Shown piece by piece: positions 1 to 9,479 of a stretch of DNA of 64,000 nt (the stretch's first letter is position 1; each line of letters starts with the position of its first letter). The stretch is from an uncultured Pirellulales bacterium (lineage in GTDB: Bacteria > Planctomycetota > Planctomycetia > Pirellulales > S012-138), in contig CAZEEG010000002.1 in the NCBI GenBank assembly GCA_964511065.1, forward strand, positions 41,960 to 105,959, read 5' to 3'. The notes under the pieces were generated by a model that saw nothing but the letters and a program-made list of their open reading frames with translations, made no database searches and was not told the origin of the DNA. A program made the translations under genes and the position numbers.

Positions 1-147
1 CTTGGCCCGGTGGGCATCGGCGAAATCGTGGATAATGCCCACGTGGCACAACCGAACTTGCGGCGGATCCTGATGCGACTCTTCGAGCGTTGGGCCAAGC
101 ACAACCCGCGGCACCGCACCACAAGCTCAGTGGCATCCCCGGCTTAA
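1..147 (+). CDS. 3' end of a CDS entering from the left edge (product unknown)
   Basis: Frame 1 is open from base 1 (LGPVGIGEIVDNAHVAQPNLRRILMRLFERWAKH...) to TAA at 145-147, with protein-like composition. Confidence 0.45.
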   Translation, partial: LGPVGIGEIVDNAHVAQPNLRRILMRLFERWAKHNPRHRTTSSVASPA

Positions 148-358
148 AGGGGGGGCTTGGCACGGCGTGAAGCTCGGCACGCTGCCTGGTTCAAGGAAGG
201 GGCTTGCCGAAGTCACCCATCGCAAGTCCATAGCCGCCCAGCCAAAGCCCTTCCCGCGCGGAACGACCGCAAATCAGGGCTGCGGATTTCTGGCTTGCCT
301 GGCAGACATAGAGGCGGGGCTTACCTTCCTCCGCTTACCTTCCTCCACCAAGGGAGAC

Positions 359-712
359 TTAGTCCCTAAGCTTCGCGAGGTGGTTCAGGAGCGTCTTGGC
401 GCGGTCGATCCCGCCCACCATGTCGGCCAACTGTTTGGCCTGGAAGAGCAGTTCGACATCGCCATCGAGCCTTGCGTGCCCACCGCGGCCAGTGGATGTG
501 CCCGCGGCTTTGCGGACGACGCGTTTTTTCTTGCGTGATGCCGCGGATCCGCCCTGTTTCTTGGCGTTATAGAGCACCTGGCTCACGATATGCGAGGTCA
601 CGGATATTCCTTGCTCATGGAGCGCAGCGACAATTTCGCGAGGCTTTGCCGATGGATGAGCAGCGGCGTAGTCACGAATGGCAGCGCTCTTGTTCACTCC
701 ACTTTTTTTCAC
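359..712 (-). CDS. Small basic hypothetical protein of a Planctomycete-type family; possible DNA-binding protein
   Basis: GTG at 712; NKSAAIRDY...PSAKPREIVAAL..QGISVT helix-turn-helix-like N-terminus, Lys/Arg-rich linker, C-terminal LFQAKQLADMVGGIDRAKTLL helix. Confidence 0.75.
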   Translation of the reverse strand: MKKSGVNKSAAIRDYAAAHPSAKPREIVAALHEQGISVTSHIVSQVLYNAKKQGGSAASRKKKRVVRKAAGTSTGRGGHARLDGDVELLFQAKQLADMVGGIDRAKTLLNHLAKLRD

Positions 713-1896
713 GTCCGTTTCCCTCGCTGTTAATGCCCCGCGTTGGAGAACCATAATCGAACAAACATTCATGGCGCGCCCCGCCAGCGCCGCCTATCGA
801 TAGCCAGAGTCCTTCAATCGCCGTGAAGTCCGGCAAGGCAGAAAGCCGACATGCATCCCCAGGATCAAGGCACGCCCGCCAAGAGGTGCTTAACGTGTTG
901 CCCCCAAAACCGTTGACATACTCGGCCAATCAGCCCCCTCTAGCTCTTGATGATTGGAGCCGCCACGCCTTGCCGGTAATTCTCCGGGAGGCAGCCGCTA
1001 CTTGATGGAGTGCGGTTAAACCGCATAGCTCCGCCGCTGCCGGCATATCCGTAGCATACGCGCGTTCGCCGTTGGCCCCCTGAACGACGCACGGATGACA
1101 AAGTGCCCCATGGTTACCGTGGAAGATATTGTAGCGCAATGGTTACAATCGTGGCGTACCGCTCGCCGATGCCGTTCGAACTGCCCCTTCCGTAGCCCCA
1201 TGACCACGCTGAAGGTGGGCAACTCGGCATGACGATGATCGAAGGATGGAGTCACGCACCCTAAGTTCGCATAGATGATACATTACCAGATGCGTGCGCC
1301 AAGTGAAGAAAGAACGGCGTGAAGCAAGATCAACTATAGAGGGTACCCGGGAAGCTCCCCAGTTCACGTGCCATCGCGCGAACTTCATCACGAACATGAT
1401 GCCCAGATGAGCGCCCATGCACCACGTATCGCCGAGCCTTCTTCGAGGTCCCATGTGTCTCTGAATGACCCGGGCAAGGCAGCTTCGACGCACAGCGGTT
1501 CTGCGCTTGGGTTCTGGCCGAGGCGATGGCGACACACCCGAGGCCATTTCTCGCGGTACGTCAGCGCCAACCCACGGCTGGCTCGCCTCGGAGGCCGCCT
1601 GGCTGCCGTGCATTGCGCGGCCTTGGCCGGCTCGTTCTGGGGGGGGTCAGCCGCACGATGTGCAAGGTTTTCGCCAGTGGCGCAATCGCTATGCCCAATC
1701 TGCGCGCCACGAACCATTCAGCCCCTGCGCTACGAGAGACGGTGAACGGGCAGGGCCATAACGGTCGAAGTCTATGAATGGCAAGACGCCGCTGGCGGGG
1801 CGGCCCCGGCAGCGCGATGCGGCAACGTGTTGCCGCAGGCCTCGCTCCCACCCCGGCATCCAGCGCCGACGCCGCACGGAATCGCTCGCACCGACC

Positions 1897-2874
1897 ATGG
1901 CCGCCAAACGAAATGCCAGGCCCGCCGCGCAAACCTTTCCGACCCGGACGGGAACCTCTTCGCGCACACGCCTCAAGGCGGCCAATTCTGGAACTGCCGG
2001 CCGACGCTGGTTGTCGGACCTGCCTCAGTATCTACGTCAGTCGCGGCAACCGCTCTCCAGCCTGGTCTTCATCACTCCGCCGCTGCTGTTGTACGAATTC
2101 GGGGTCATCTACTGGGCGGATACCGCTCGTCGAAATGGCGCCGACATCTGGCTGCGCGACTGCCTGGACGCCATCGGCATTGCGCCTCCGTACTTGTTAC
2201 CGCTGCTGACGGCCATCGGCCTCTTGGCCTGGCACTTCCTCGCCCGAGCCTCGTGGCGGTGGACGCCGGGCATCTTGTGCAGCATGTGGCTGGAATGTCT
2301 TGCGTTGGCCGCGGCCCTGGTGGCGATCGCCGAGGTTCAAGGCGCCGTGGTGCAATCGATCACCGGCCAATCTCGGCCCGTGCTAGGGCTGCAACTTCCG
2401 GCCGATGAATGCGAGTCCCCCCCGCCGGCCACCTTCCCTCAAACCACCCTGGTTCACGCGCCCCGTTATGGGACCAACCTGTTCGACGCCGTCGGCCATG
2501 AGGCGGGCATTGACCCGGCGACCCCGGCAACATCGCCTGGCACCGCGGCCGCCAGTAGCTTACTCGTGGCTTACCTGGGGGCGGGCATCTACGAAGAAAC
2601 GCTATTTCGATTGCTCTGCCTGCCGCTCTTGTGGGCCGTGGGGTGGGGGCTGGGACTGACCAAAAGCTGGTGCCTGGCGTTGGCCGTGCTGCTCACCAGT
2701 TGTCTGTTCTCAGCCGCTCATCACTGGGGACCGCACGGCGAGCCGTTCAGTTGGTATTGCTTTAGCTTCCGCGCCGCGGCCGGTATGTGCTTTGCCGGCA
2801 TCTTTCTCTTGCGCGGCTTTGGGATCGCCGCCGGCACACACGCCTTGTACGACATCCTGGTTGTCTTCATTTGA
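1897..2874 (+). CDS. CPBP (CAAX/Abi) family intramembrane glutamic endopeptidase
   Basis: Several TM segments with motifs YEETLFR, FSAAHH and HALYD; ATG 1897 chosen within ORF 1774..2874. Confidence 0.85.
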   Translation: MAAKRNARPAAQTFPTRTGTSSRTRLKAANSGTAGRRWLSDLPQYLRQSRQPLSSLVFITPPLLLYEFGVIYWADTARRNGADIWLRDCLDAIGIAPPYLLPLLTAIGLLAWHFLARASWRWTPGILCSMWLECLALAAALVAIAEVQGAVVQSITGQSRPVLGLQLPADECESPPPATFPQTTLVHAPRYGTNLFDAVGHEAGIDPATPATSPGTAAASSLLVAYLGAGIYEETLFRLLCLPLLWAVGWGLGLTKSWCLALAVLLTSCLFSAAHHWGPHGEPFSWYCFSFRAAAGMCFAGIFLLRGFGIAAGTHALYDILVVFI

Positions 2875-3252
2875 CTGAAGACACTCCACTGACGGGCAAT
2901 CTACTGGCAACCCGCCGGCACCAGGTCCTTGAGGTTAATTGTCACAAGGCAATCACCGCACGACTCAGGGGGGCGGTAAATCCCGGCCAACGCGAATGAG
3001 ACGGCCAAGTGTCGCAGCCATCGTTGCCGCGATTCCGCCTCAATGGATGCCGACCAAGACCGCTCAAATGGGCGCTCCTTCGCAATTGTCAAGTCGAACT
3101 TCTCGATGCGACTTCTCCCGATGAGAATCCCTCTTTGTTGTTCGCAACGGCGAGTCCTATAATGCTCTCAACGGTGAGCGAACCTCACCGCTTTGGCACC
3201 GCCGACAAGCTCCCACTGGGAGCTTTGCTATAACGCAGAGGGCACTGAAGCC

Positions 3253-3807
3253 GTGTTGTCCGTTCGTCCGAAGGTTACGGAGCTGGTCTTCCAGCTTTAC
3301 GGCCGACCACTGCACCCGGAACTCTTTCAAACCTACTGCTCGCGAACGGTCGAGCGGGGGGAGTACCAGGCACAAATCAGCATCACCAGTGCGGGCCATA
3401 TGGTCACCTGGCGATACCATGGGCTGACCCTGACCGAAGTTGCAACGGCCGCAAACCACCCGCTACCCCAAAAGCGGCGGCTGCTGTCTTATCGAATCAA
3501 GGGCGAACGGAACGACCGCGTCGAGTGCCGCGGCGGGGCAATCTACCAGGTCAGCTTCCAGCTCGAGCCCGTCGATCCTGAAATCTTCTGGACCTTCCAG
3601 CACGAACTCACGGTCGATGGCCAACGCAAAGGCATGCTCCACTGCTTTGCGCCCTCGGACCGGATGGCGACGGGCGCGCTAAGTTATGTGAATGTTGAAA
3701 CCCGCAATTGCAGCCTGCTGGTCCAGGCGTTCCATACCTTTCCGGACGATCTGGCCATCGTTAAGAGCCAATCGCTGTTTGAAATTCCCAAGAAGCCTCG
3801 CAGCTAA
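3253..3807 (+). CDS. DUF2617 family protein
   Basis: VLSVRPKVTELVFQLYGRPLHPELF N-terminus and AFHTFPDDLAIVKSQSLFE C-terminus resemble the family as recalled; GTG start at 3253. Confidence 0.75.
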   Translation: MLSVRPKVTELVFQLYGRPLHPELFQTYCSRTVERGEYQAQISITSAGHMVTWRYHGLTLTEVATAANHPLPQKRRLLSYRIKGERNDRVECRGGAIYQVSFQLEPVDPEIFWTFQHELTVDGQRKGMLHCFAPSDRMATGALSYVNVETRNCSLLVQAFHTFPDDLAIVKSQSLFEIPKKPRS

Positions 3808-4020
3808 CCTGGCAGAACAGCGGCATTCTTCCCTCGGCCATTGCCGGTAAAACTGTCCGGACGCCTCTTGGGCGTGGCACCTCGAACCCAGTAAAGCAGT
3901 CAGTCACGTGTCCCCCAAACGCGCGTGGGGCATCTGTTTCCGACAAGCTTTCTTGATCCGCAACGGGCGACGCATACCGGCCACCAACAGACTGGAGCAC
4001 GCCGCGAAGGGCCCTTTTCT

Positions 4021-5214
4021 TTAACCGGCCTTGCGGATCGGTTCGGCCGGGGATTGGCGATCATCGGCCGCACTGGACCGGCGACCTTCGATCACGGCGC
4101 GCACCAGTGCCGGCAGTTCTTCATCGAAGCGCGCCTTGCCGAACCGTTCAGCTTGCGCCCGGGCCATGTGAGGGCAGAACATGCGGCGGTGCCGCTCCAC
4201 CCACTGCATTGCGTCCACCAGCGACTCGACTGTCTGCTCGGCAAAGAACCGGCCCGTCCCAGCGGCGACCTCGCTTGCCGGCAGCACCGTCTCGGTTGCT
4301 CCGCCCGCCCCGTACGCAACCACCGGAGCGCCGCATGCCTGAGCTTCCAGCGGCACGATGCCAAAGTCCTCGCAACCGGGAAACAACAACGCCCGGCAAC
4401 ATTGCAGGTATTGGCGAATCACCTCGTTGGGCTGCCAGCCAAGAAATCGCACGTTGGCCCCCCGTGCCAGCCGCTTGAGCCGCGCCGTTTCTGGCCCGCT
4501 GCCAATCACCACCAGCTTGCGGTCATGCCGGCGGCACGCTTCAACCGCCAGGTCGACCCGCTTGTACGGCACCAGCGCCGATACCACCAGGTAGAAATCC
4601 ACCCGAGGGACGTCGTCGGGTTGGTAGAACTCGGTATCGACCGGGGGATAGATGATGGTGCTGGTGCGGCCGTAGCAATCGGCAATGCGGTCGGCCACGG
4701 TCTGGCTGATCGCCACAAAATGCGTGACGCGATCGGCGGTCGCCCGATCCCAGTGGCGAATGCGGTCCAACAGGCCATCGCGCAGCAGGGCCAGGGGGTG
4801 TAACCGCCGCGGGCCGCGTCGGGCGCCGAAGTAGGCTTCGCGGAGGTGCCAGGCGTACCGCATCGGCGAAAAACAATAACAAATGTGCGGCACACCCGGC
4901 GGTGCCATGGCCCGGCCGGCCACCGCATGGCTGAAGCTCACCACGGCATCGAGATGGCTGGGCAACTTCAACCGGGTGATGGCCCCCGGCATCAGCGGCA
5001 GCAAATACCGGTAGTACCGCCCCACACCAGGAAAACGCTGCAGGTAGCTGGTATGGATCGGCCGATTCTCGATCACGGGCGAGGTGCTGCCCCGGCGGTA
5101 CAGCAACGTATACAGCGGGGCCTGAGGATAAGCGGCAGCGAGCGACTCCAGGCATTTCTCGCCGCCGCGCATTCCCGTCAGCCAATCGTGAACCAGCGCG
5201 ATCTTCTCAGCCAT
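4021..5214 (-). CDS. Glycosyltransferase family 4 (GT-B)
   Basis: KIALVHDWLTGMRGGEK N-terminus; EDFGIVPLEAQACG nucleotide-sugar binding motif. Confidence 0.92.
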   Translation of the reverse strand: MAEKIALVHDWLTGMRGGEKCLESLAAAYPQAPLYTLLYRRGSTSPVIENRPIHTSYLQRFPGVGRYYRYLLPLMPGAITRLKLPSHLDAVVSFSHAVAGRAMAPPGVPHICYCFSPMRYAWHLREAYFGARRGPRRLHPLALLRDGLLDRIRHWDRATADRVTHFVAISQTVADRIADCYGRTSTIIYPPVDTEFYQPDDVPRVDFYLVVSALVPYKRVDLAVEACRRHDRKLVVIGSGPETARLKRLARGANVRFLGWQPNEVIRQYLQCCRALLFPGCEDFGIVPLEAQACGAPVVAYGAGGATETVLPASEVAAGTGRFFAEQTVESLVDAMQWVERHRRMFCPHMARAQAERFGKARFDEELPALVRAVIEGRRSSAADDRQSPAEPIRKAG

Positions 5215-5372
5215 GACGAACTCGCATACGAGCGATGACCGCCGGTGGGGCCGGCCGCGCAGCGCTAGCCGGCCCGGCGCTCACACCGAGGATGGTGAAG
5301 GACACCCGGCAGAGCCGCATCCCTGCCTATGCGCGCCCCAGCCGCAATGCGCTGAACGATCCAACCACGCTC

Positions 5373-5663
5373 CTAGCGCGGTTGGGACGGCGTTGCAGCG
5401 GCTTTGCGAGAAGGCCGATAGAAGCCGACCCCTTCCAGGGCCTTGTATACTTCTTCCAGCGTCTTTTCGCCGAAGTTCGAAATCGAGAGCAAATCTTCGC
5501 GGCGGCAGTTGAGCAGATCGCGTACGGTAAAGATGCCGCGTTCTTCCAGACAGTTGGTGGTCCGCACCGAGAGGCCGATTTCCGCCGTGCTCATTTCGAG
5601 CCGCTGTTGCAGGCTCCTGGCTTCCCCTTCGGCCTGATTGAGACGGATACGTGTACGGGCCAT
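5373..5663 (-). CDS. Stand-alone RNA polymerase alpha subunit C-terminal domain protein
   Basis: IGLSVRTTNCLEERGIFTVRDLL...LLSISNFGEKTLEEV matches alpha-CTD; only 96 aa with no alpha-NTD; AGGAGG RBS upstream of ATG 5663. Confidence 0.88.
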   Translation of the reverse strand: MARTRIRLNQAEGEARSLQQRLEMSTAEIGLSVRTTNCLEERGIFTVRDLLNCRREDLLSISNFGEKTLEEVYKALEGVGFYRPSRKAAATPSQPR

Positions 5664-6376
5664 CCCAGTACCCTCCTTGGCAATGATGGTGACGGATTGG
5701 AAAGATGCTGTCGCGAAATCTTCTTCACACAGCGTTGGAAGCAGTATAGCAATCTTGCTCTGAATACCAAGCACCTCGCGACGCCAAAACCGCGACCACG
5801 CTAGCATTGATAGCACAGCGCGAAAGCACACCATTATGTGACATTCATGTCTGCTCCCATTACGAATGTGGGTTTCATTGCTTGGGGGGTACGAATAGCG
5901 ATCGCTTTCCTATGGGCTGCTTCTGCCCGAATTGATTGATGGTTGCACTGCCAATGTCCACTTGCCGAACGAGCGACGCCCGACGGCTTCCGTTTTCGGG
6001 CGCAACTGGCCGCATTTCGGAGGGCTAGCTAGAAATTGAGCGGATACGAGCGGCGTAGTAGTCAATCGGGGGCTCTTCGCATGGTTCGCACGTGCTGGTT
6101 GGGCCTTCACGACCAGCCTTCAATTCCGCTTGCCGCCGTCATGCCTGCGGCCTTCTCCAGCAAGTGCGTCAGTCTGACGGTATGGCGGCTAATCCCCGCG
6201 ATCGGGCCTGCACTGCTCTATCGTCGCCCAGGGAACTTTGTCACAATCCGCACGCCGGTGAACGCGGCCCCCGCACCGCTGTTGCCGGTATCGCGCGTGT
6301 TGTCCTACCGACCCGCAACGTGGAACGTTGCCGATGCCGCGTGAGGTTCCCGTCCCGCACGGAAAAGGAGTTCTCG

Positions 6377-9256
6377 ATGCGAACGATACTTTGCTTGGCC
6401 GTTTTCCTGGTGACGCCGCAAGCGGTCCACGGTGAGCCGGGCCCTTCCCCCACGGGGCCGCCGATTGCGCCGCCCCTTCCCAGGCTAAAGGTCGTGGAAT
6501 CGGGGCCGCAGTTGATCCCGCCCTTACCGGACGGCCGCTCCGAAGATGCCCTGACCGCTGAAGGCCCAGCGGTACCGGCCCCCATCCGGCAGGCCCAGTT
6601 GCCGCAGGCGGCACCCAGCCGCGCGGTGCCAATCGGCGCGGCTGCGACAAGTCGCTCGGCGGTGCGCCGGGCCGAGCACCTCGAACCGGCCCGGCTTGTG
6701 AACCCTGGCCGCGGTGAAGCAGCCGAGCAGAAGCCGACGTGCGGTTGGTCCAAGCTGCTTGGTTTCGACCACTGTGAATCTTCCTGCAATGATGACTCTG
6801 CCTGCTGCTGCGGCCTCGACTGGAAGCAGTGGTGCCTGGCCCGCGTGGCAGCGCTACTTGGCCACTGCGACGACACGCAGCAGGTTGCTTCCCTGGTTAG
6901 CAATCCATGCGACTGCACGAGCGATTGCCGCTGCGGTTCCAAGTGCCGGTGTTCGTCGGAGAACCGCTGCCAGGAAAATTGCCGCTGCGGCGGATCGGCG
7001 ACCAACCCGCACGGTACGCACACCGGCGCCATGGCACAACAGGCGTCGCCTGAAGCCCTCCCGCCTTGCGGCAGTTTCTGCCATGTGCGAACCCCAGGTG
7101 GAAACTACTTCGGCCGGTTGCGCAGCATGACGAGCCAATGGGTTATCCTGCACGACGAGATCGAGGACGCCTGCCACTGGATTCCTCGTTCGAGCATGAG
7201 TTGCCTGAGCACCTATACCGAAAGTCCTGAAGAAGCGGTGGAGGAATCGGGCGAACCACTGGATGCTGTTACGGTGCTCATCCCTCCTCCGTGTGAAGGC
7301 GGCAACTGCGCTTCGCAGTCCGCGGTGCGTCAAGCCAGGGCAGGCAGCCAGCCGCTGCCAAGTCCGCAACCGCTGCCGCTGAGCGGCAAAGTGGTCTACA
7401 GCGGCGGTTCCAGACATGCCTATTGCGATGACGATTGCCAGTTCGGCCCGGGGGAACACGTGACGATTGAGGTCCCCAAGGGCATGCGACTGTTCACGCT
7501 GGGTTTCCCTTGGCAATGCGTGATGCATCTTGAGCCCGGCGACCACCTCGATCTGATCGCGGTCCTGACGGTGCAAACCGCCACGGGCCATCCCCAGGTA
7601 GTTTCACGGACTTTCGCGCAGAACGTTCAAGTGGCCGATATCCAAGCTGCCGAAGGCGAGGGAGCGTTGGCGCTGTTGCTGACGCCCGACCAGTGCAACC
7701 TGGCGGTGGTCGCAGCGCAAAGCGGAGAAATCATCTTCAGCAAGCGCAATCCCCAGGACGATGACACCACGGCCAACCCCCAGGCGGCCACGCTGCGGCG
7801 ATTGTTGGGTTCCGCCATCGACGAATTGGAAGACAGCGACCGCACGCCCATCACCATCATGTCGGTACCTCACGGCATGCGGCCGATGGCCGGCATGCTG
7901 GCTCCGGCGCCGCTGGCCATGCCTGCCCCGGGTATGTGGGCTCCGCCCGCTGGTATGGTCCCGGGTCATTGCGGCCCGGCACACTTGGGCGGCCATCCTG
8001 CTGCCCCGGAGTATAGGGATCCGCCGAGTGTGCCACCGTTTGCGGCCGTTCCGCACCCGATGCTTCCGCCTGGCATGTATCGCACCCCAGAGGCTCCGTT
8101 TTATGGGCCGGCGATGCCGACTTTCGCCCCGGGAGCAGAGGCGCCGCCTTCGCCGGAATCTTCACCCTATGAGCCGGTTGCACCGCCGTACCTGGAACCC
8201 GATCGCGCTTCGGCACCCGCGATCAGGCCTCCCAGGTCGGTACATGTGCCCAAGCGACTCCTTGGGCGCCCCTCGGCACGGGATGAAGCAAAGCAGGAAC
8301 CGCAACAGGACGAACCGGCCCCGACGTTTGAACCGTCTGAGCCGGAGCAAATCCGCCCACTCAAAACGTCGCAGGCTTTACCAGCGGGGCAGGTGATCCG
8401 AACGCTGGGCTTTGCCAGCCCGGTCCCGCCTCCCACGCAGACCGCGGCCGCGCATGATGGAACCGCACAGCCATCTGGTACCGTGAAGCAAGACGGTAGT
8501 GTTCAGCAGGCGGTTGCCGTGACCAACCGTACCAACGTGCTGCCGGCCCCGCCCGATGTCTTCCGTTTACAGTGTTCGTTCGACGCGCAGCGAGGCAGCG
8601 AGCGGAAGCCGCTCGGGCAGCCAACCGTCGTCACCGTTCATGACGCCACCGTGACGTTTGGTGACCACGAATTCAAATTTCGTGTCGAAAACTCCGGACC
8701 CAAGCACGTGCAGCTTACGTTCAGCGACCCGCGCGGGCAGTTGCAAGTGCTGCGGGCACGCGAAGGCGAGGCCGTCACGTTGCCCTGGCAAAGTGACAAG
8801 GCCGATCAGCGCGGCGACGTCCGCGTGATCGTAACCCGCTTGCCGCAGCAAGCCGGGGCCGTCACTACGGCATCGTTCGAGGAACCGGCAGCGGATGCGA
8901 GCGACTACGAAGTTCGCGTGTATCCGGCGGCTCATTTGCTGACGCCGCAGCGGCCTGCGGCGCCGCTGCTTGCCCGGTCGCTGTACGCCCGAGGATTGCT
9001 GGACGATGTTCCTCGGTCCACGGACGAAGCCCACGCTTCGCTGCTCAACCTGGTACGCGCGGTGGAGCCTGCCTCGTGGCACCCCCTGGGCGAAGGCCAG
9101 GTGCGGTACTCGCCCGAGTCGATGAGCCTGGTGATTTGGCAAGCGCCGGAGAACCACGCGCGGATCGCCGAGTTGTTTGAGCAACTTCGGAAGCAGGACG
9201 CCACCAAGGCCAACGCATCCGTACCGCAAAGCAGTCGCCGCACGGCTGAGCAATAA
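6377..9256 (+). CDS. Large secreted mosaic protein: Cys-rich region, RcpC/CpaB-like domain, Pro-rich linkers, C-terminal secretin-N/NolW-like domain
   Basis: AAGGAG RBS, ATG 6377 and signal peptide; VPKGMRLFTL..LEPGDHLDL..AQNVQV..LLLTPDQ..KRNPQD (RcpC-like); YEVRVYP..VEPASW..GEGQVRYSPESMSLVIWQAPENHARIAELFEQLR. Confidence 0.7.
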   Translation: MRTILCLAVFLVTPQAVHGEPGPSPTGPPIAPPLPRLKVVESGPQLIPPLPDGRSEDALTAEGPAVPAPIRQAQLPQAAPSRAVPIGAAATSRSAVRRAEHLEPARLVNPGRGEAAEQKPTCGWSKLLGFDHCESSCNDDSACCCGLDWKQWCLARVAALLGHCDDTQQVASLVSNPCDCTSDCRCGSKCRCSSENRCQENCRCGGSATNPHGTHTGAMAQQASPEALPPCGSFCHVRTPGGNYFGRLRSMTSQWVILHDEIEDACHWIPRSSMSCLSTYTESPEEAVEESGEPLDAVTVLIPPPCEGGNCASQSAVRQARAGSQPLPSPQPLPLSGKVVYSGGSRHAYCDDDCQFGPGEHVTIEVPKGMRLFTLGFPWQCVMHLEPGDHLDLIAVLTVQTATGHPQVVSRTFAQNVQVADIQAAEGEGALALLLTPDQCNLAVVAAQSGEIIFSKRNPQDDDTTANPQAATLRRLLGSAIDELEDSDRTPITIMSVPHGMRPMAGMLAPAPLAMPAPGMWAPPAGMVPGHCGPAHLGGHPAAPEYRDPPSVPPFAAVPHPMLPPGMYRTPEAPFYGPAMPTFAPGAEAPPSPESSPYEPVAPPYLEPDRASAPAIRPPRSVHVPKRLLGRPSARDEAKQEPQQDEPAPTFEPSEPEQIRPLKTSQALPAGQVIRTLGFASPVPPPTQTAAAHDGTAQPSGTVKQDGSVQQAVAVTNRTNVLPAPPDVFRLQCSFDAQRGSERKPLGQPTVVTVHDATVTFGDHEFKFRVENSGPKHVQLTFSDPRGQLQVLRAREGEAVTLPWQSDKADQRGDVRVIVTRLPQQAGAVTTASFEEPAADASDYEVRVYPAAHLLTPQRPAAPLLARSLYARGLLDDVPRSTDEAHASLLNLVRAVEPASWHPLGEGQVRYSPESMSLVIWQAPENHARIAELFEQLRKQDATKANASVPQSSRRTAEQ

Positions 9257-9300
9257 GCCCCCCCACGGCGACAATCTGAACGGCATACCATAGCCACATG

Positions 9301-9335
9301 AGCCCGGCTCGCTACCGTTGGCGGGCCGGGCTTTA
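9301..9335 (+). terminator. Possible intrinsic terminator hairpin after the large secreted-protein gene
   Basis: AGCCCGGCTCGC-N8-GCGGGCCGGGCT 12-bp stem (one G-U pair) followed by a short T-rich tail. Confidence 0.45.
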
Positions 9336-9479
9336 TCATATAAACTGGCGTTCATGTGGGACTTGATTCGTTTTGTCGTCGATTCGCGGCACCGCCGATG
9401 GCAGCTCGGCAGGAACCCATCGCGTAGTGCCGCTGATTGCTGCCGCGATCGCGTCGAGGGCGATCGTTTGCTGTCGGGG

